64,000 nt of DNA from Candidatus Kerfeldbacteria bacterium (lineage in GTDB: Bacteria; Patescibacteriota; Patescibacteriia; UBA10025; JAHIVO01), in NCBI GenBank assembly GCA_016214565.1, contig JACROE010000002.1, forward strand, positions 344,007 to 408,006, in the 5' to 3' direction. The notes beneath the pieces were generated by a model. The model made no database searches. It saw only the letters and a list, made by a program, of their open reading frames with translations, and was not told the DNA's origin. Below, piece after piece: positions 19,903 to 28,927 of the stretch. Both the position numbers and the translations under genes were made by a program. How positions within the stretch are numbered: position 1 is the first letter of the stretch; every line of letters starts with the position of its first letter.

Positions 19903-20592
19903 ATGCGCATCGGCGGACTCCAAAAATTTTCGATGATTGATTACCCCGGTTTGGTGAGCGCGATTGTGTTCACCACCGGGTGTAATTTTCGTTGCGGATA
20001 TTGTCACAATCCTGAACTAGTAAAACCAGAGTATTTTCTCCCGCCCATCCCCGTGGAAGATATTTTAGAATTTCTTCGGGCACGTCAGGGCAAACTGGAG
20101 GCCGTGGTTATAACCGGTGGCGAGCCAACTGTTCATCCCGACTTACCGCAATTCATTGGCGCCATCAAAGCGCTGGGATACAAAATCAAGCTGGACTCCC
20201 AGGGCACCAACCCCGCCATGCTCGACTCACTCATTCAGGATCGATTGATTGACTATATAGCCATGGATATTAAGGGTCCCCTTAATCGATATGCAGAAAT
20301 TACCAATATGCCGGTTAATCCGGCTGATATCCAAGAAAGTATCCGCTTGATTATGGCGTCAGGGTTGCCCTATGAATTCCGCACCACCATTGTCCGCGAA
20401 CAGCTTGGTACCGCAGACTTTCGATCAATGGCTCAGCTTATCCGCGGAGCAGAAAAATATTACTTACAAAAATTTATCCCAACTAAGGCTAACGACAGCT
20501 CATTTTTAAACAAGCACCCGTATACCGACGATGAATTACGGGAAATTATGAAAATATTCTCTCAGACCGTCGAGACCGTGGGTATCCGGTAG
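19903..20592 (+). CDS. nrdG: Anaerobic ribonucleotide reductase activating protein (radical SAM)
   Basis: CNFRCGYCHN is the CxxxCxxC radical-SAM cluster motif. The gene lies directly downstream of nrdD. Confidence 0.8.
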   Translation: MRIGGLQKFSMIDYPGLVSAIVFTTGCNFRCGYCHNPELVKPEYFLPPIPVEDILEFLRARQGKLEAVVITGGEPTVHPDLPQFIGAIKALGYKIKLDSQGTNPAMLDSLIQDRLIDYIAMDIKGPLNRYAEITNMPVNPADIQESIRLIMASGLPYEFRTTIVREQLGTADFRSMAQLIRGAEKYYLQKFIPTKANDSSFLNKHPYTDDELREIMKIFSQTVETVGIR

Positions 20593-20793
20593 GGCACCCC
20601 CTGGATCAATGCGCGGACCCCTCGAGGGGCTTGACCAAATTAATAGTCCGTGCTAATCTGATTGACTCCAAAATCTGCACCCTACATGATAGGGTGTTTT
20701 TTGGTAAAAAAAATAACTAAAATTAGCCAAAAACCATAGTAATATAATCAATTAATGGCTAATTTTAGCGAATTTATAAATTAATGTTTTTCT

Positions 20794-21300
20794 ATGTTTT
20801 CTAGACAATTCGTGAGTCACAGAAAAACAAAACTCATAATCTCTGCCGTTTCATTCGTCGTCCTTTGGCAATTCTCATTTCCCCAGTCAGTCATTGCTGA
20901 AAGTGCCCTCGTCGAACAGATTACTTTTGCCCCAGTGCCTGCCGCGATCGAGGTGCAATCTCCAAATCTGCATCGGCTCCCGGAAAACCCTGACATACCC
21001 CGCCCAGAAGCTAAACGAACCATGCAAATCACGGTGACGGCTTATTCTTCAACGGTTGACCAAACTGACGGTGATCCATTTACCACTGCCTCAGGTACCC
21101 AGGTTCGAGACGGTATTATTGCCGCTAACTTCCTGCCAATTGGCTCAAAAGTCCGATTTCCTGAATATTTTGGAGATAAAATATTTGTAGTCGAGGATCG
21201 CATGTCTGCCCGGTATTGGCATACTGCAGATATCTGGATGCCAACCCGCGAAGCCGCTATCCAATGGGGCGTCCGGTACATCACGGTTGAAATCCTATAA
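20794..21300 (+). CDS. 3D-domain (MltA-like) cell-wall protein with an N-terminal signal anchor
   Basis: TAYSSTVDQTDGDPFTTASG...GIIAAN...IGSKVRFPEYFGDKIFVVEDRM...ADIWMP is the 3D domain (TAY..TDG.P..TASG). Confidence 0.7.
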   Translation: MFSRQFVSHRKTKLIISAVSFVVLWQFSFPQSVIAESALVEQITFAPVPAAIEVQSPNLHRLPENPDIPRPEAKRTMQITVTAYSSTVDQTDGDPFTTASGTQVRDGIIAANFLPIGSKVRFPEYFGDKIFVVEDRMSARYWHTADIWMPTREAAIQWGVRYITVEIL

Positions 21301-21305
21301 TGAAC

Positions 21306-21331
21306 AAAACCCCAGTCCAACTGGGGTTTTG
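21306..21331 (+). terminator. Rho-independent terminator
   Basis: aaaac-cccagt-ccaa-ctgggg-tttt. Confidence 0.65.
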
Positions 21332-21425
21332 TAATGGCTAGATTCCTTGATTTTTCAAAGGCTTTTTGATACTATTCACCATACATTCATCAGTTTTTGA
21401 TGCACTTTTTAGATGATTCTCACGA

Positions 21426-21492
21426 GGCCACGTAGTCCCGGTCCGTCACCGGACCGAGGATCCTCGATTCGCTCAAGCGAATCGGGACCAAG
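21426..21492 (+). other. Duplicated tRNA-Cys 5' fragment (ggccacgtag) followed by two GC-rich hairpins
   Basis: 10 nt identical to the tRNA-Cys start at 21539. Then hairpins cggtccg-tcac-cggaccg and cgattcgc-tcaa-gcgaatcg. Confidence 0.5.
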
Positions 21493-21538
21493 TCATGCAG
21501 AAAAAACCTTTACAACCAAAAATGAGGCACTCATCCAT

Positions 21539-21613
21539 GGCCACGTAGCCAAGTGGTAAGGCGACGGTCTGCAAAACCGTTATTCAGGGGTTCGATTCCC
21601 CTCGTGGCCTCCA
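21539..21613 (+). tRNA. tRNA-Cys (anticodon GCA), CCA encoded
   Basis: Acceptor ggccacg/cgtggcc, anticodon arm acggt-ctGCAaa-accgt, T arm agggg-ttcgatt-cccct. Confidence 0.85.
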
Positions 21614-21650
21614 CTTCGATACGTCAGTGCTATTCCTCTCATAACTACTC

Positions 21651-21750
21651 CGAACAAATGCGAAGCATTTGTGAGGATAAGGAGAAATGAAACGAAGGTG
21701 GAGTGACCGATGTGAAATCGGGCACGTAACCGAAGTTACCATTTCGACGT
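21651..21750 (+). repeat. Conserved ~100-nt tRNA-upstream element, copy B
   Basis: Hairpin caaatgc-gaa-gcatttg, then gaggataaggaga, acgaaggtggagt, a variable hairpin, then aaccgaagttaccatttcgacgt ending at the +1 of tRNA-Gly. Confidence 0.6.
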
Positions 21751-21827
21751 GCGGCAGTAGTTCAGTTGGCTAGAACGTCTCCTTGCCAAGGAGAAGGTCG
21801 CCGGTTCGAATCCGGTCTGCCGCTCCA
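21751..21827 (+). tRNA. tRNA-Gly (anticodon GCC), CCA encoded
   Basis: Acceptor gcggcag/ctgccgc, D arm gttc-agttggcta-gaac, anticodon arm tctcc-ttGCCaa-ggaga, T arm gccgg-ttcgaat-ccggt. Confidence 0.9.
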
Positions 21828-21837
21828 TCCCATCATC

Positions 21838-22296
21838 ATGCATCATCGTGATATCGTCGTGGTTCTCTATAATATCCGCAGCCGGTTCAATGTAGGCGCG
21901 CTTTTTCGCACTGCTGACGCCGCTGGCGTGAAGCGCATGATCCTGTGCGGCATCACGCCACAACCACCGCACCCGAAGATTGATAAGGTAGCGCTGGGCG
22001 CGGAAAAAACGGTGCCTTTTACCTACTATCGACAAACGAAACGAGCGCTTGATGATCTCCACAAACAAGGGTACCAACTCATTGCTCTCGAACAGTCAGC
22101 CGAGAGTATCCACTACACGAAACTGAAATACCCAAAACGCTGCGCGCTCCTGATTGGTAATGAGGTATCAGGATTACCCTACCGATTGCTCAAACAGTGC
22201 GATCACATCATCGAAATACCCATGCATGGCCGGAAAGAATCCCTGAATGTTGGCATAGCCACGGGTATTATCCTCTTTGACAGTATTCGTAAATAA
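21838..22296 (+). CDS. SpoU/TrmH-family RNA 2'-O-methyltransferase (SPOUT)
   Basis: LIGNEVSGLP...IPMHG..ESLNVGIATGIILF are the C-terminal SPOUT motifs. The start was trimmed to the ATG at 21838; the longer ORF-track start reads through tRNA-Gly. Confidence 0.7.
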   Translation: MHHRDIVVVLYNIRSRFNVGALFRTADAAGVKRMILCGITPQPPHPKIDKVALGAEKTVPFTYYRQTKRALDDLHKQGYQLIALEQSAESIHYTKLKYPKRCALLIGNEVSGLPYRLLKQCDHIIEIPMHGRKESLNVGIATGIILFDSIRK

Positions 22297-22302
22297 CAAC
22301 AT

Positions 22303-22389
22303 GCCGCCGTGGTGAAATTGGTATACACGAGGGACTTAAAATCCCTTGGGGGCAACCCCGTGTCGGTTCAAGTCCGACCGGCGGCACCA
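22303..22389 (+). tRNA. tRNA-Leu (anticodon TAA), long variable arm, CCA encoded
   Basis: Acceptor gccgccg/cggcggc, anticodon arm aggga-ctTAAaa-tccct, variable stem gggg-caa-cccc, T arm gtcgg-ttcaagt-ccgac. Confidence 0.85.
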
Positions 22390-22402
22390 TTATCTCAGAC
22401 CT

Positions 22403-23359
22403 ATGTCCACCGTATCTCGTGAACTCCGTTCGACGAACGGAAAACCAAACCTTGTCTATTGTTCCGGCAAAGGAACGCTCGGGTCATATCCTTTCAATCA
22501 TCCCCAATACCGTGAATCAATCACGGACTTTATGCGTTTGGCGGAAAAAAAATTTGCCGTCTTCCTTGTCCGCGGTGCTGACAAACATATAGGCAATGGC
22601 GTCTTTACCGACGGTTATCGCGTCACCAGAGGAACGTTCAAACGATTCAATAAAAAAATTTACGCTCGGGTGGTATTTAATAAAGCACCACTCAAAAGTA
22701 ATGGTGGGCGAGATTGGTCAATTCTTAATCAATGGCAGCTTATACAGATTACAGATAATAAATGGCGCACCTACCAACTGCTCAAAAAATTCATGAAGCC
22801 CACCTTCCGTACGACTGATAAGAAATCATTCGCTGCTGCGCTCAAAAAAATAAAAGGGGAGCGCGTCGTGTATAAACCAATCCATGGCAGTGAAGGAAAG
22901 GGAATTGTAATCGGATCAAAAACTGTCGTTGCTAAAAAACTGCGCCGCTACGACGGCCTAATACAGGAATACATAGATACGAGCAGTGGCGTCCCCGGAG
23001 TCTGCCGCGAACGACATGATATGCGGGTCCTGCTGATGAATGGTACAATAGTGCAGTCATACGTGCGCATCCCGCGTCCTGACTCGCACCTGGCAAATAT
23101 TGCTCAGGGTGGCCGCATGCTCGAGATTCCATACTCAGCCATCCCGCCGGCTGCAAAAAAAATAGTGAAGCAGATTGATCGATTATTTCGCCATATTTCT
23201 CCACGCATGTACGCTGTTGACTTCGGATTTGAACAAGGAAGACCTTATATTTTTGAACTCAACCCTCGCGCCGGCTTCCCCTACAAAGCCTGGAAGCGAT
23301 ATTATCACCACTGGCACCAGAGTTTACTGAAAACTCTCTGGAGCGCCCTAACGCACTAG
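22403..23359 (+). CDS. ATP-grasp ligase (RimK/alpha-L-glutamate-ligase-like)
   Basis: VYKPIHGSEGKGIVIG...DMRVLLMNGTIV...YIFELNPRAGF shows the ATP-grasp signature (glycine-rich loop, E-x-N magnesium site). Start trimmed to the ATG at 22403, past tRNA-Leu. Confidence 0.65.
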   Translation: MSTVSRELRSTNGKPNLVYCSGKGTLGSYPFNHPQYRESITDFMRLAEKKFAVFLVRGADKHIGNGVFTDGYRVTRGTFKRFNKKIYARVVFNKAPLKSNGGRDWSILNQWQLIQITDNKWRTYQLLKKFMKPTFRTTDKKSFAAALKKIKGERVVYKPIHGSEGKGIVIGSKTVVAKKLRRYDGLIQEYIDTSSGVPGVCRERHDMRVLLMNGTIVQSYVRIPRPDSHLANIAQGGRMLEIPYSAIPPAAKKIVKQIDRLFRHISPRMYAVDFGFEQGRPYIFELNPRAGFPYKAWKRYYHHWHQSLLKTLWSALTH

Positions 23360-23363
23360 CCGT

Positions 23364-24917
23364 ATGCAATCTAAAATAGGAGCCTATCTCGGTCTGTCTA
23401 TCCTCCTCATGAGTTTATGCAATCCGGTTTTCGCTCAAAGCGAGGAGATCACCCCGATAGAACAAACGCCGCTCACCGCTGAATCAGTCATCGCTGGCAC
23501 CCTGACGCCGCGCATAATCACTGAAGATTTTATTGAATTTGGGAAAAAAACACTATTTGACGCCACTGATTCGATACTCAATCCGGATGCGGGAGTGGCC
23601 ACCTATCGCTGGGATTTTTCTGACAGCACCATTGCTCAGTTCGGTCCAGAAATTTTATATCAATTTTCCGGCACGGGCATCCACCGCGTTGCACTCACCA
23701 TCACCCAGGCAGACCAATCAGTTACCATAGAAAAAGAAGTCTTCGTATACGACACTCGCATGCTCATGATTGCCGACCGGGAAATCGTGCAGAACCTCGA
23801 TGCGATCGTTAAACAAGCGGCTAATAATGGCGTGCTGCTCAAGGTGTTATCATCCACTGAAGCAGAAACTGGTTTTTTAACTGAAGAAAAGCTTATCCCC
23901 TTGATTGCCCAAGAGGCTGATTTTATCACTACCGCGGACGTACTCATTTTTTATACGAATGGCAGTGTCGGCCTGCAATCATTTACCCGCTATTGGCAAA
24001 ATTTGGTTCCGGAGAAAAAAATCAACCTCGAATCAAAGTTGGTCGTTTCAATCACCGACCAAAATATGGCGATTGCGGCAGAATTAACCCAGCAATCATT
24101 CCGCGTTATCGCCCCTCGCTTCATCTTGCTCACCCGTAAAGAATCTCTCAATCCAATTTTTGAGACTGATGAGGACGCCGAACTCGTCCCCAATCTCGAG
24201 AGTCGAGCGATTGAATACCGTATCGTCGATTCACGCAGCGAAAAATCAAATTTCTTTTTCCTGTCGCACGCAATTTCGACATTTATTGCCAAGGGTATTC
24301 CGACGAATACCATCTATTTGATTTTAGCCGTACCATTTATTGCGTTCATCATCACTTTTGCTCGACAAGTGATAGGCATAACTGCCTTCGGCCTGTATAC
24401 GCCACTGGTCATCGCCCTGGCACTACTGATTCTCGGACTCTGGGTCGGTTTAGGCACAGTGTTGGTGGTCGTGGCGATCAGCTATCTGCTCCGACTCGCG
24501 CTCAGCCGATTTCGGCTTCTGTACATACCCAAAACAAGTCTAATCCTATCAGCCATTGGCCTATCCTTCCTCGCCGTCATCTGGATCGTATCATTGTATG
24601 AATTATCACTGGCAGCTACCCTCGCCATTTTCCCCATGCTCGTCATGTCTACCATTTCAGAAAAATTTTTGTCAGCTCAATCAGAAGAAGGTCTCGGGAG
24701 CGCTCTTTCAGGCGTGGTTACAACGATTGTCGTGTCTACCGTCGCCTACTACGTCGTCGTCTGGGACACCTTCACCAATCTCATCATGTCCTGGCCTGAA
24801 TTAATTTTGGTACCGCTCCTGGGCACCATTATCCTAGGAAAATTCACGGGCCTTCGATGGACTGAGTATGTTCGATTCCGTTCTCTCCTCAAAGAAAAAA
24901 CAATCGAAGAAGAATAA
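23364..24917 (+). CDS. Membrane protein: signal peptide, a ~300-aa extracytoplasmic domain, and about 7 transmembrane helices at the C-terminus
   Basis: N-terminal MQSKIGAYLGLSILLMSLCNPVFA. The C-terminal 230 aa are a series of hydrophobic helices. It sits between two ATP-grasp genes, consistent with the '7TM plus inactive transglutaminase-like' partner of RimK-related ligases described in comparative-genomics work. Confidence 0.55.
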   Translation: MQSKIGAYLGLSILLMSLCNPVFAQSEEITPIEQTPLTAESVIAGTLTPRIITEDFIEFGKKTLFDATDSILNPDAGVATYRWDFSDSTIAQFGPEILYQFSGTGIHRVALTITQADQSVTIEKEVFVYDTRMLMIADREIVQNLDAIVKQAANNGVLLKVLSSTEAETGFLTEEKLIPLIAQEADFITTADVLIFYTNGSVGLQSFTRYWQNLVPEKKINLESKLVVSITDQNMAIAAELTQQSFRVIAPRFILLTRKESLNPIFETDEDAELVPNLESRAIEYRIVDSRSEKSNFFFLSHAISTFIAKGIPTNTIYLILAVPFIAFIITFARQVIGITAFGLYTPLVIALALLILGLWVGLGTVLVVVAISYLLRLALSRFRLLYIPKTSLILSAIGLSFLAVIWIVSLYELSLAATLAIFPMLVMSTISEKFLSAQSEEGLGSALSGVVTTIVVSTVAYYVVVWDTFTNLIMSWPELILVPLLGTIILGKFTGLRWTEYVRFRSLLKEKTIEEE

Positions 24918-24926
24918 CCGGCGCCT

Positions 24927-27263
24927 ATGTCATTCATGTCCACTGCCGGAGGTATCCTCGGCATCAATGCTCGCAATCTGCTCTACGTCTCTCGGTTTAA
25001 TTCAAAAAAGAACCGGCGCTTAGCGGATGACAAACTGTTTACCAAGCGCTTCTTGCAAGCGCGGGGAATTGGCGTGGCAAAATTATATGCACAGATAACT
25101 AATACTGCCGGCTTGCGCGCCTTCAATCCTGCAGTACTGCCAAAACGATTTGTAATAAAGCCAAACAAAGGGTACGGCGGCGAGGGAATTATCGCGATCC
25201 AGGATACCAAATCCGGAAAATATATCGATGCCAGCGGCACCGGCTACAGCTGGGCGGAATTAACCGAGCACTGCTTGTCCATCCTCGATGGCCGCTATGC
25301 AATTTCTGGACTGGGGGACACGGTTCTATTTGAAGAACTACTGGAACCGCATGAATACTTCCGGGGTATTGCTGCGACGGGCTTACCAGACATCCGTATT
25401 ATTGTTTTCAAATATGTACCCGTCATCGCTATGCTCCGACTTCCTACAGCCGCTTCAAATGGCAAAGCAAATCTGCATTTAGGAGCTATCGGTGTCGGCA
25501 TCGACCTCGGTACCGGCCGAGGCACGTTTGGCGTCCGTGGACGTAACCTCGTGCGAAAACTGCCCAATGGCGAACCGATTCGATCTATTCTCGTGCCACA
25601 GTGGCACGACATTTTGCTCACCGCCTCCCAAACCCAATACCATACCCAAATCGGCTATTTAGCTGCTGATGTCGCCCTGACCACCCATGGGGTAAAAATT
25701 TTGGAACTCAATGCCCGGGCGGGACTGGCTATTCAAATCTCGAATCAAGCATTACTACGGAAACGTCTGGAGAAAGTCAGCGACCTGAAAGTAACATCGC
25801 CCAGCGAGGGTGTGAGATTGGGGCAAACATTATTTACCAAAATTCTGGCTGACAAAAAACAAACCAGCGCACCAAAAACAACCCCAAAGCCAATCATCGG
25901 TTTATTTGAAGCCGTCAATATATTAAACGTTCCTGGCGTGACGCAGCTCAAAGCAAAAATCGACCCCCATAGCGAACATACCATCATTTCTGACTCGCTG
26001 CCCCTTCCTGAATCAACCAAGCTGCTCGGCATAACCATACGGGATAAAAAGCTGCGGCTGCCGGTCGAGCGCGGCACGCTTCCCCCAGGAGATTACCAGA
26101 TTATTATTGCCGGAAAATACTTATCTGACTTTTTAATTGACTCAAGTGCCAAACGGACGGACAAAACAACTCCTACCAGCACCGCACCAACAGCCGAAAA
26201 AATTATTAAAAATATTGATCAACGTTTAGCCAGCTTAAGCGAATCTCTACATGTTTTAGCTCGCCTCAAACCGCAGAATCTTTCTGAAGCGCGTGAAGCA
26301 TTTCAAGTATCGCCGCATACTTCTCCCCAATTTATCTATTCCACGCCTACCGCTCTCATCCAGAGCACGCGGGTTGAACTACGTAAACTTCCACGCCGCG
26401 TCGACCATCCACTGATGCCGCTCTTTCTAGAAAAAATTGAAGAAATTGAACGTAAATTAAAATTAATCGAAGGAGTGGGCCAAGCCAACCTCACCGAACG
26501 TTCACAGTCGGTCTACGGTGCGGTAACTGAACGGCACTACCGCGATGCGCTGCGACTCATCAAACAGACGCCACACGTAGACGACACCAGCAAAATATTA
26601 CGAATCGAAGAGGTGATCCGCCGTATGGAACGCTATATGGAAGAAAAGAAGCTGTCTCGTTGGAAAATTAAAGTGATTGAGCAGGCCACTGCCGGCATGC
26701 AAGTGACCAGACAGAATACAATTTTAGTGGACAAAAAAGCCCGCATCTCAGAAAATCGTTATCGGGCGTTGGTGGCCCATGAAATCGAAACGCATATTTT
26801 TAGGATGGAAAACGGCCGCCTGCAAAAATTCCGCCTGTTTGAGCACGGTACCGCAGGATATTTGAGCATTGAAGAAGGTTTAGCTATTTACAATCAAAAT
26901 AGGCTGCACCTTAACCTGGGCGATAAATTTTTCTCCCCAGCGCTCAACGTGATCGCCATTTACCTCGGCATGCAATTATCATTCGCTGACCTCTACCACC
27001 AACTCACCGACATCTACGGTCTCGATGCTGATCGTGCCTGGCGTACCTGTGTCCGGGTCAAACGTGGCATGACGGACACGAGCCAACCAGGCGCCTTCAC
27101 CAAAGATAGTATGTATTTTGTCGGGAATCAGCAGATTGAATCATATGTCGCTACGCACGGCGCCGAAGCGCTCAAAAAATTATACGTCGGGAAAATAAAA
27201 ATCAGCGACACGGAATATATCACTGACTTCCGCAGTTGGCCAATCAAATATTTCCCTGAGTAG
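24927..27263 (+). CDS. Fusion protein: N-terminal ATP-grasp (alpha-L-glutamate ligase-related) plus C-terminal DUF1704/QEGLA-motif HExxH metallopeptidase-like domain (MATCAP-like)
   Basis: N-terminal GILGINARNLLYVSRFN...LADDKLFTKRFL...VIKPNKGYGGEGI...LHLGAIGVGIDLGTG is ATP-grasp. The C-terminal half has ALVAHEIETHIF (HExxH) and SIEEGLAIYNQ (QEGLA-type motif). Confidence 0.7.
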   Translation: MSFMSTAGGILGINARNLLYVSRFNSKKNRRLADDKLFTKRFLQARGIGVAKLYAQITNTAGLRAFNPAVLPKRFVIKPNKGYGGEGIIAIQDTKSGKYIDASGTGYSWAELTEHCLSILDGRYAISGLGDTVLFEELLEPHEYFRGIAATGLPDIRIIVFKYVPVIAMLRLPTAASNGKANLHLGAIGVGIDLGTGRGTFGVRGRNLVRKLPNGEPIRSILVPQWHDILLTASQTQYHTQIGYLAADVALTTHGVKILELNARAGLAIQISNQALLRKRLEKVSDLKVTSPSEGVRLGQTLFTKILADKKQTSAPKTTPKPIIGLFEAVNILNVPGVTQLKAKIDPHSEHTIISDSLPLPESTKLLGITIRDKKLRLPVERGTLPPGDYQIIIAGKYLSDFLIDSSAKRTDKTTPTSTAPTAEKIIKNIDQRLASLSESLHVLARLKPQNLSEAREAFQVSPHTSPQFIYSTPTALIQSTRVELRKLPRRVDHPLMPLFLEKIEEIERKLKLIEGVGQANLTERSQSVYGAVTERHYRDALRLIKQTPHVDDTSKILRIEEVIRRMERYMEEKKLSRWKIKVIEQATAGMQVTRQNTILVDKKARISENRYRALVAHEIETHIFRMENGRLQKFRLFEHGTAGYLSIEEGLAIYNQNRLHLNLGDKFFSPALNVIAIYLGMQLSFADLYHQLTDIYGLDADRAWRTCVRVKRGMTDTSQPGAFTKDSMYFVGNQQIESYVATHGAEALKKLYVGKIKISDTEYITDFRSWPIKYFPE

Positions 27264-27639
27264 GGTAGCGATAGGCTCGAGCGATCCGGATATCTCGTCG
27301 AATACGCGCTAGCAATGCCGCCTCCCGTTGATACCAGTACAGCGGACGAATTTTTTTATACACGATGAAGGAAATTCGCTGGCCATAGAGCACTCGATTC
27401 GGATGATTGAGAATATACAATTCTGTTTTACCTCGTTTTTGAATACGCTTGCCGGGCACGCCAAAAACAGCCAGCGCCCGATACGAGCGTCCGCGTAAGA
27501 CCGTGCGGGCAACATACACCCCCGCAGTTAACCCGGTTCCCCGTAAGACGGAACCAGAAAAATTTGCCGTGGGGTAGCCTTGGCGCTCTCCAATTTGTTC
27601 ACCGCGAATGACCATGCCCTGAACTACAACCGGCTTCAT
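27244..27639 (-). CDS. Riboflavin kinase (stand-alone RFK domain)
   Basis: VVQGMVIRGEQIGERQGYPTANF...AGVYVA matches the RibF C-terminal kinase domain pattern. Confidence 0.7.
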   Translation of the reverse strand: MKPVVVQGMVIRGEQIGERQGYPTANFSGSVLRGTGLTAGVYVARTVLRGRSYRALAVFGVPGKRIQKRGKTELYILNHPNRVLYGQRISFIVYKKIRPLYWYQREAALLARIRRDIRIARAYRYPTQGNI

Positions 27640-28412
27640 GAAATCGCCCTTATTAGTGCGTTATGGATTTTGCCATTGGAAGCAACGACCCCCGTGCTCT
27701 GCAGATGCCATGGCTTTCCGTCCATATTGGTCACCCGACCACCTGCCTCGCGCACCATGAGTACGCCCGCGGGAGCGTCCCAAGCACTGACCCCCGGGGG
27801 AGTCATGACGGTCGCATCACTTCGACCCACGGCGGTATACGCTAAATTAAGAGAACCACTCCCTAAATACCGAGAATTAAACACGCACTGATCGAGCCGG
27901 CGTTGCAGCATAATATAGTTACGATGTGATATAGGATGATGCGTCCGACCAATCAGCACCAAAGCGTCACTGAGTCGATGGGTAGTAGAAACGCGCAATC
28001 GCTTCCCATTCAACCAAGCGCCTGCGCCGGCTTCGGCAACATACAATTCTTTAACGAAGGGTGCATAAATCACCCCGCATAAAACTTCCCCTTGATGGAG
28101 GAGCGCTAGAGTCGTACAAAAAAGTGGGGATTGCAGAGCAAAATTGACCGTGCCATCCAAGGGATCAATAGTCCAGCGGTATGTATCGGTATTATCCTCT
28201 AACCCCGTTTCTTCACTTAAAAAATCATGCTGCGGGAAATGTCGACGAATGGTGTGAAGAATGATGTCATTCGCCTCCATGTCCGCATGGGTAACAATAT
28301 CATGTCGTCCTTTACGCTGAGCACCCTGAGTGGTGACATGACGAAATCGTTTCATCAATTGATGACCGGCTAACCGAGCTGCCTGGATAGCTACGTTTGT
28401 GTATTGCTTCAT
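27636..28412 (-). CDS. Inositol monophosphatase-family phosphatase (SuhB-like)
   Basis: WTIDPLDGTVNF and AWDAPAGVLMVREAGGRV are IMPase signatures. Confidence 0.8.
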   Translation of the reverse strand: MKQYTNVAIQAARLAGHQLMKRFRHVTTQGAQRKGRHDIVTHADMEANDIILHTIRRHFPQHDFLSEETGLEDNTDTYRWTIDPLDGTVNFALQSPLFCTTLALLHQGEVLCGVIYAPFVKELYVAEAGAGAWLNGKRLRVSTTHRLSDALVLIGRTHHPISHRNYIMLQRRLDQCVFNSRYLGSGSLNLAYTAVGRSDATVMTPPGVSAWDAPAGVLMVREAGGRVTNMDGKPWHLQSTGVVASNGKIHNALIRAIS

Positions 28413-28915
28413 AAATCATTCACTCGGATTAAGGTAAGTTCGTTGGTAGCCGTGTCATACAAGGCAAAAGTGGGCGGATACACCATGTTAGCTACATTGC
28501 CAGGATTAATCATACGCGTCGAACCAATGGTTTCCTCCCACGGCTTATGATTATGCCCGTAGAATACCAGATCATATTCTCCCGACTGCGCCAGCTTCTT
28601 GGCAATGTCCGGATAGTGATTAATAGCGATCTTTTTATTATCCAAGGTAAATTCGCCAATCTCCTGATAGATAGTCACATTCTTGGCACTGCCATCCTGG
28701 ATTTTCGTCAGCATGCGAAATGGGTCACCGTCGACATTGCCTAAGCTGAGATAAATTGGTCCTGGGAAAGCTTCGGCGATGCGTACCATCGTGATCGGGG
28801 CGCACACGTCACCACAATGAATCATAGCCTCGGCTTTTTCATTTTTGAGATAAGCTAAAACTTTGTCTATGTTGGCCCAATTGTCATGGGTATCGGAAAT
28901 AATGGCTAATTTCAT
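28409..28915 (-). CDS. Metallophosphoesterase (YfcE/MJ0936-like)
   Basis: IISDTHDN...HCGDV...GNVD...GHNH are calcineurin-like phosphoesterase motifs. Confidence 0.75.
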   Translation of the reverse strand: MKLAIISDTHDNWANIDKVLAYLKNEKAEAMIHCGDVCAPITMVRIAEAFPGPIYLSLGNVDGDPFRMLTKIQDGSAKNVTIYQEIGEFTLDNKKIAINHYPDIAKKLAQSGEYDLVFYGHNHKPWEETIGSTRMINPGNVANMVYPPTFALYDTATNELTLIRVNDL

Positions 28916-28927
28916 AGATACTCACTA

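Noticed and set aside
20593-20793. A TTGACC-N17-TAATCT promoter-like sequence and a cccctcgagggg palindrome between nrdG and the 3D-domain gene
   Set aside because: The match is weak, no T-run follows the palindrome, and the spacer is AT-rich and generic. It was not called as a feature.
21766-21837. Longer N-terminus for the SpoU methyltransferase (ORF-track start 21766)
   Set aside because: The extension reads through tRNA-Gly(GCC). The start was trimmed to the first ATG after the tRNA.
22346-22402. Longer N-terminus for the first ATP-grasp gene
   Set aside because: The extension overlaps tRNA-Leu(TAA). The start was trimmed to the ATG at 22403.
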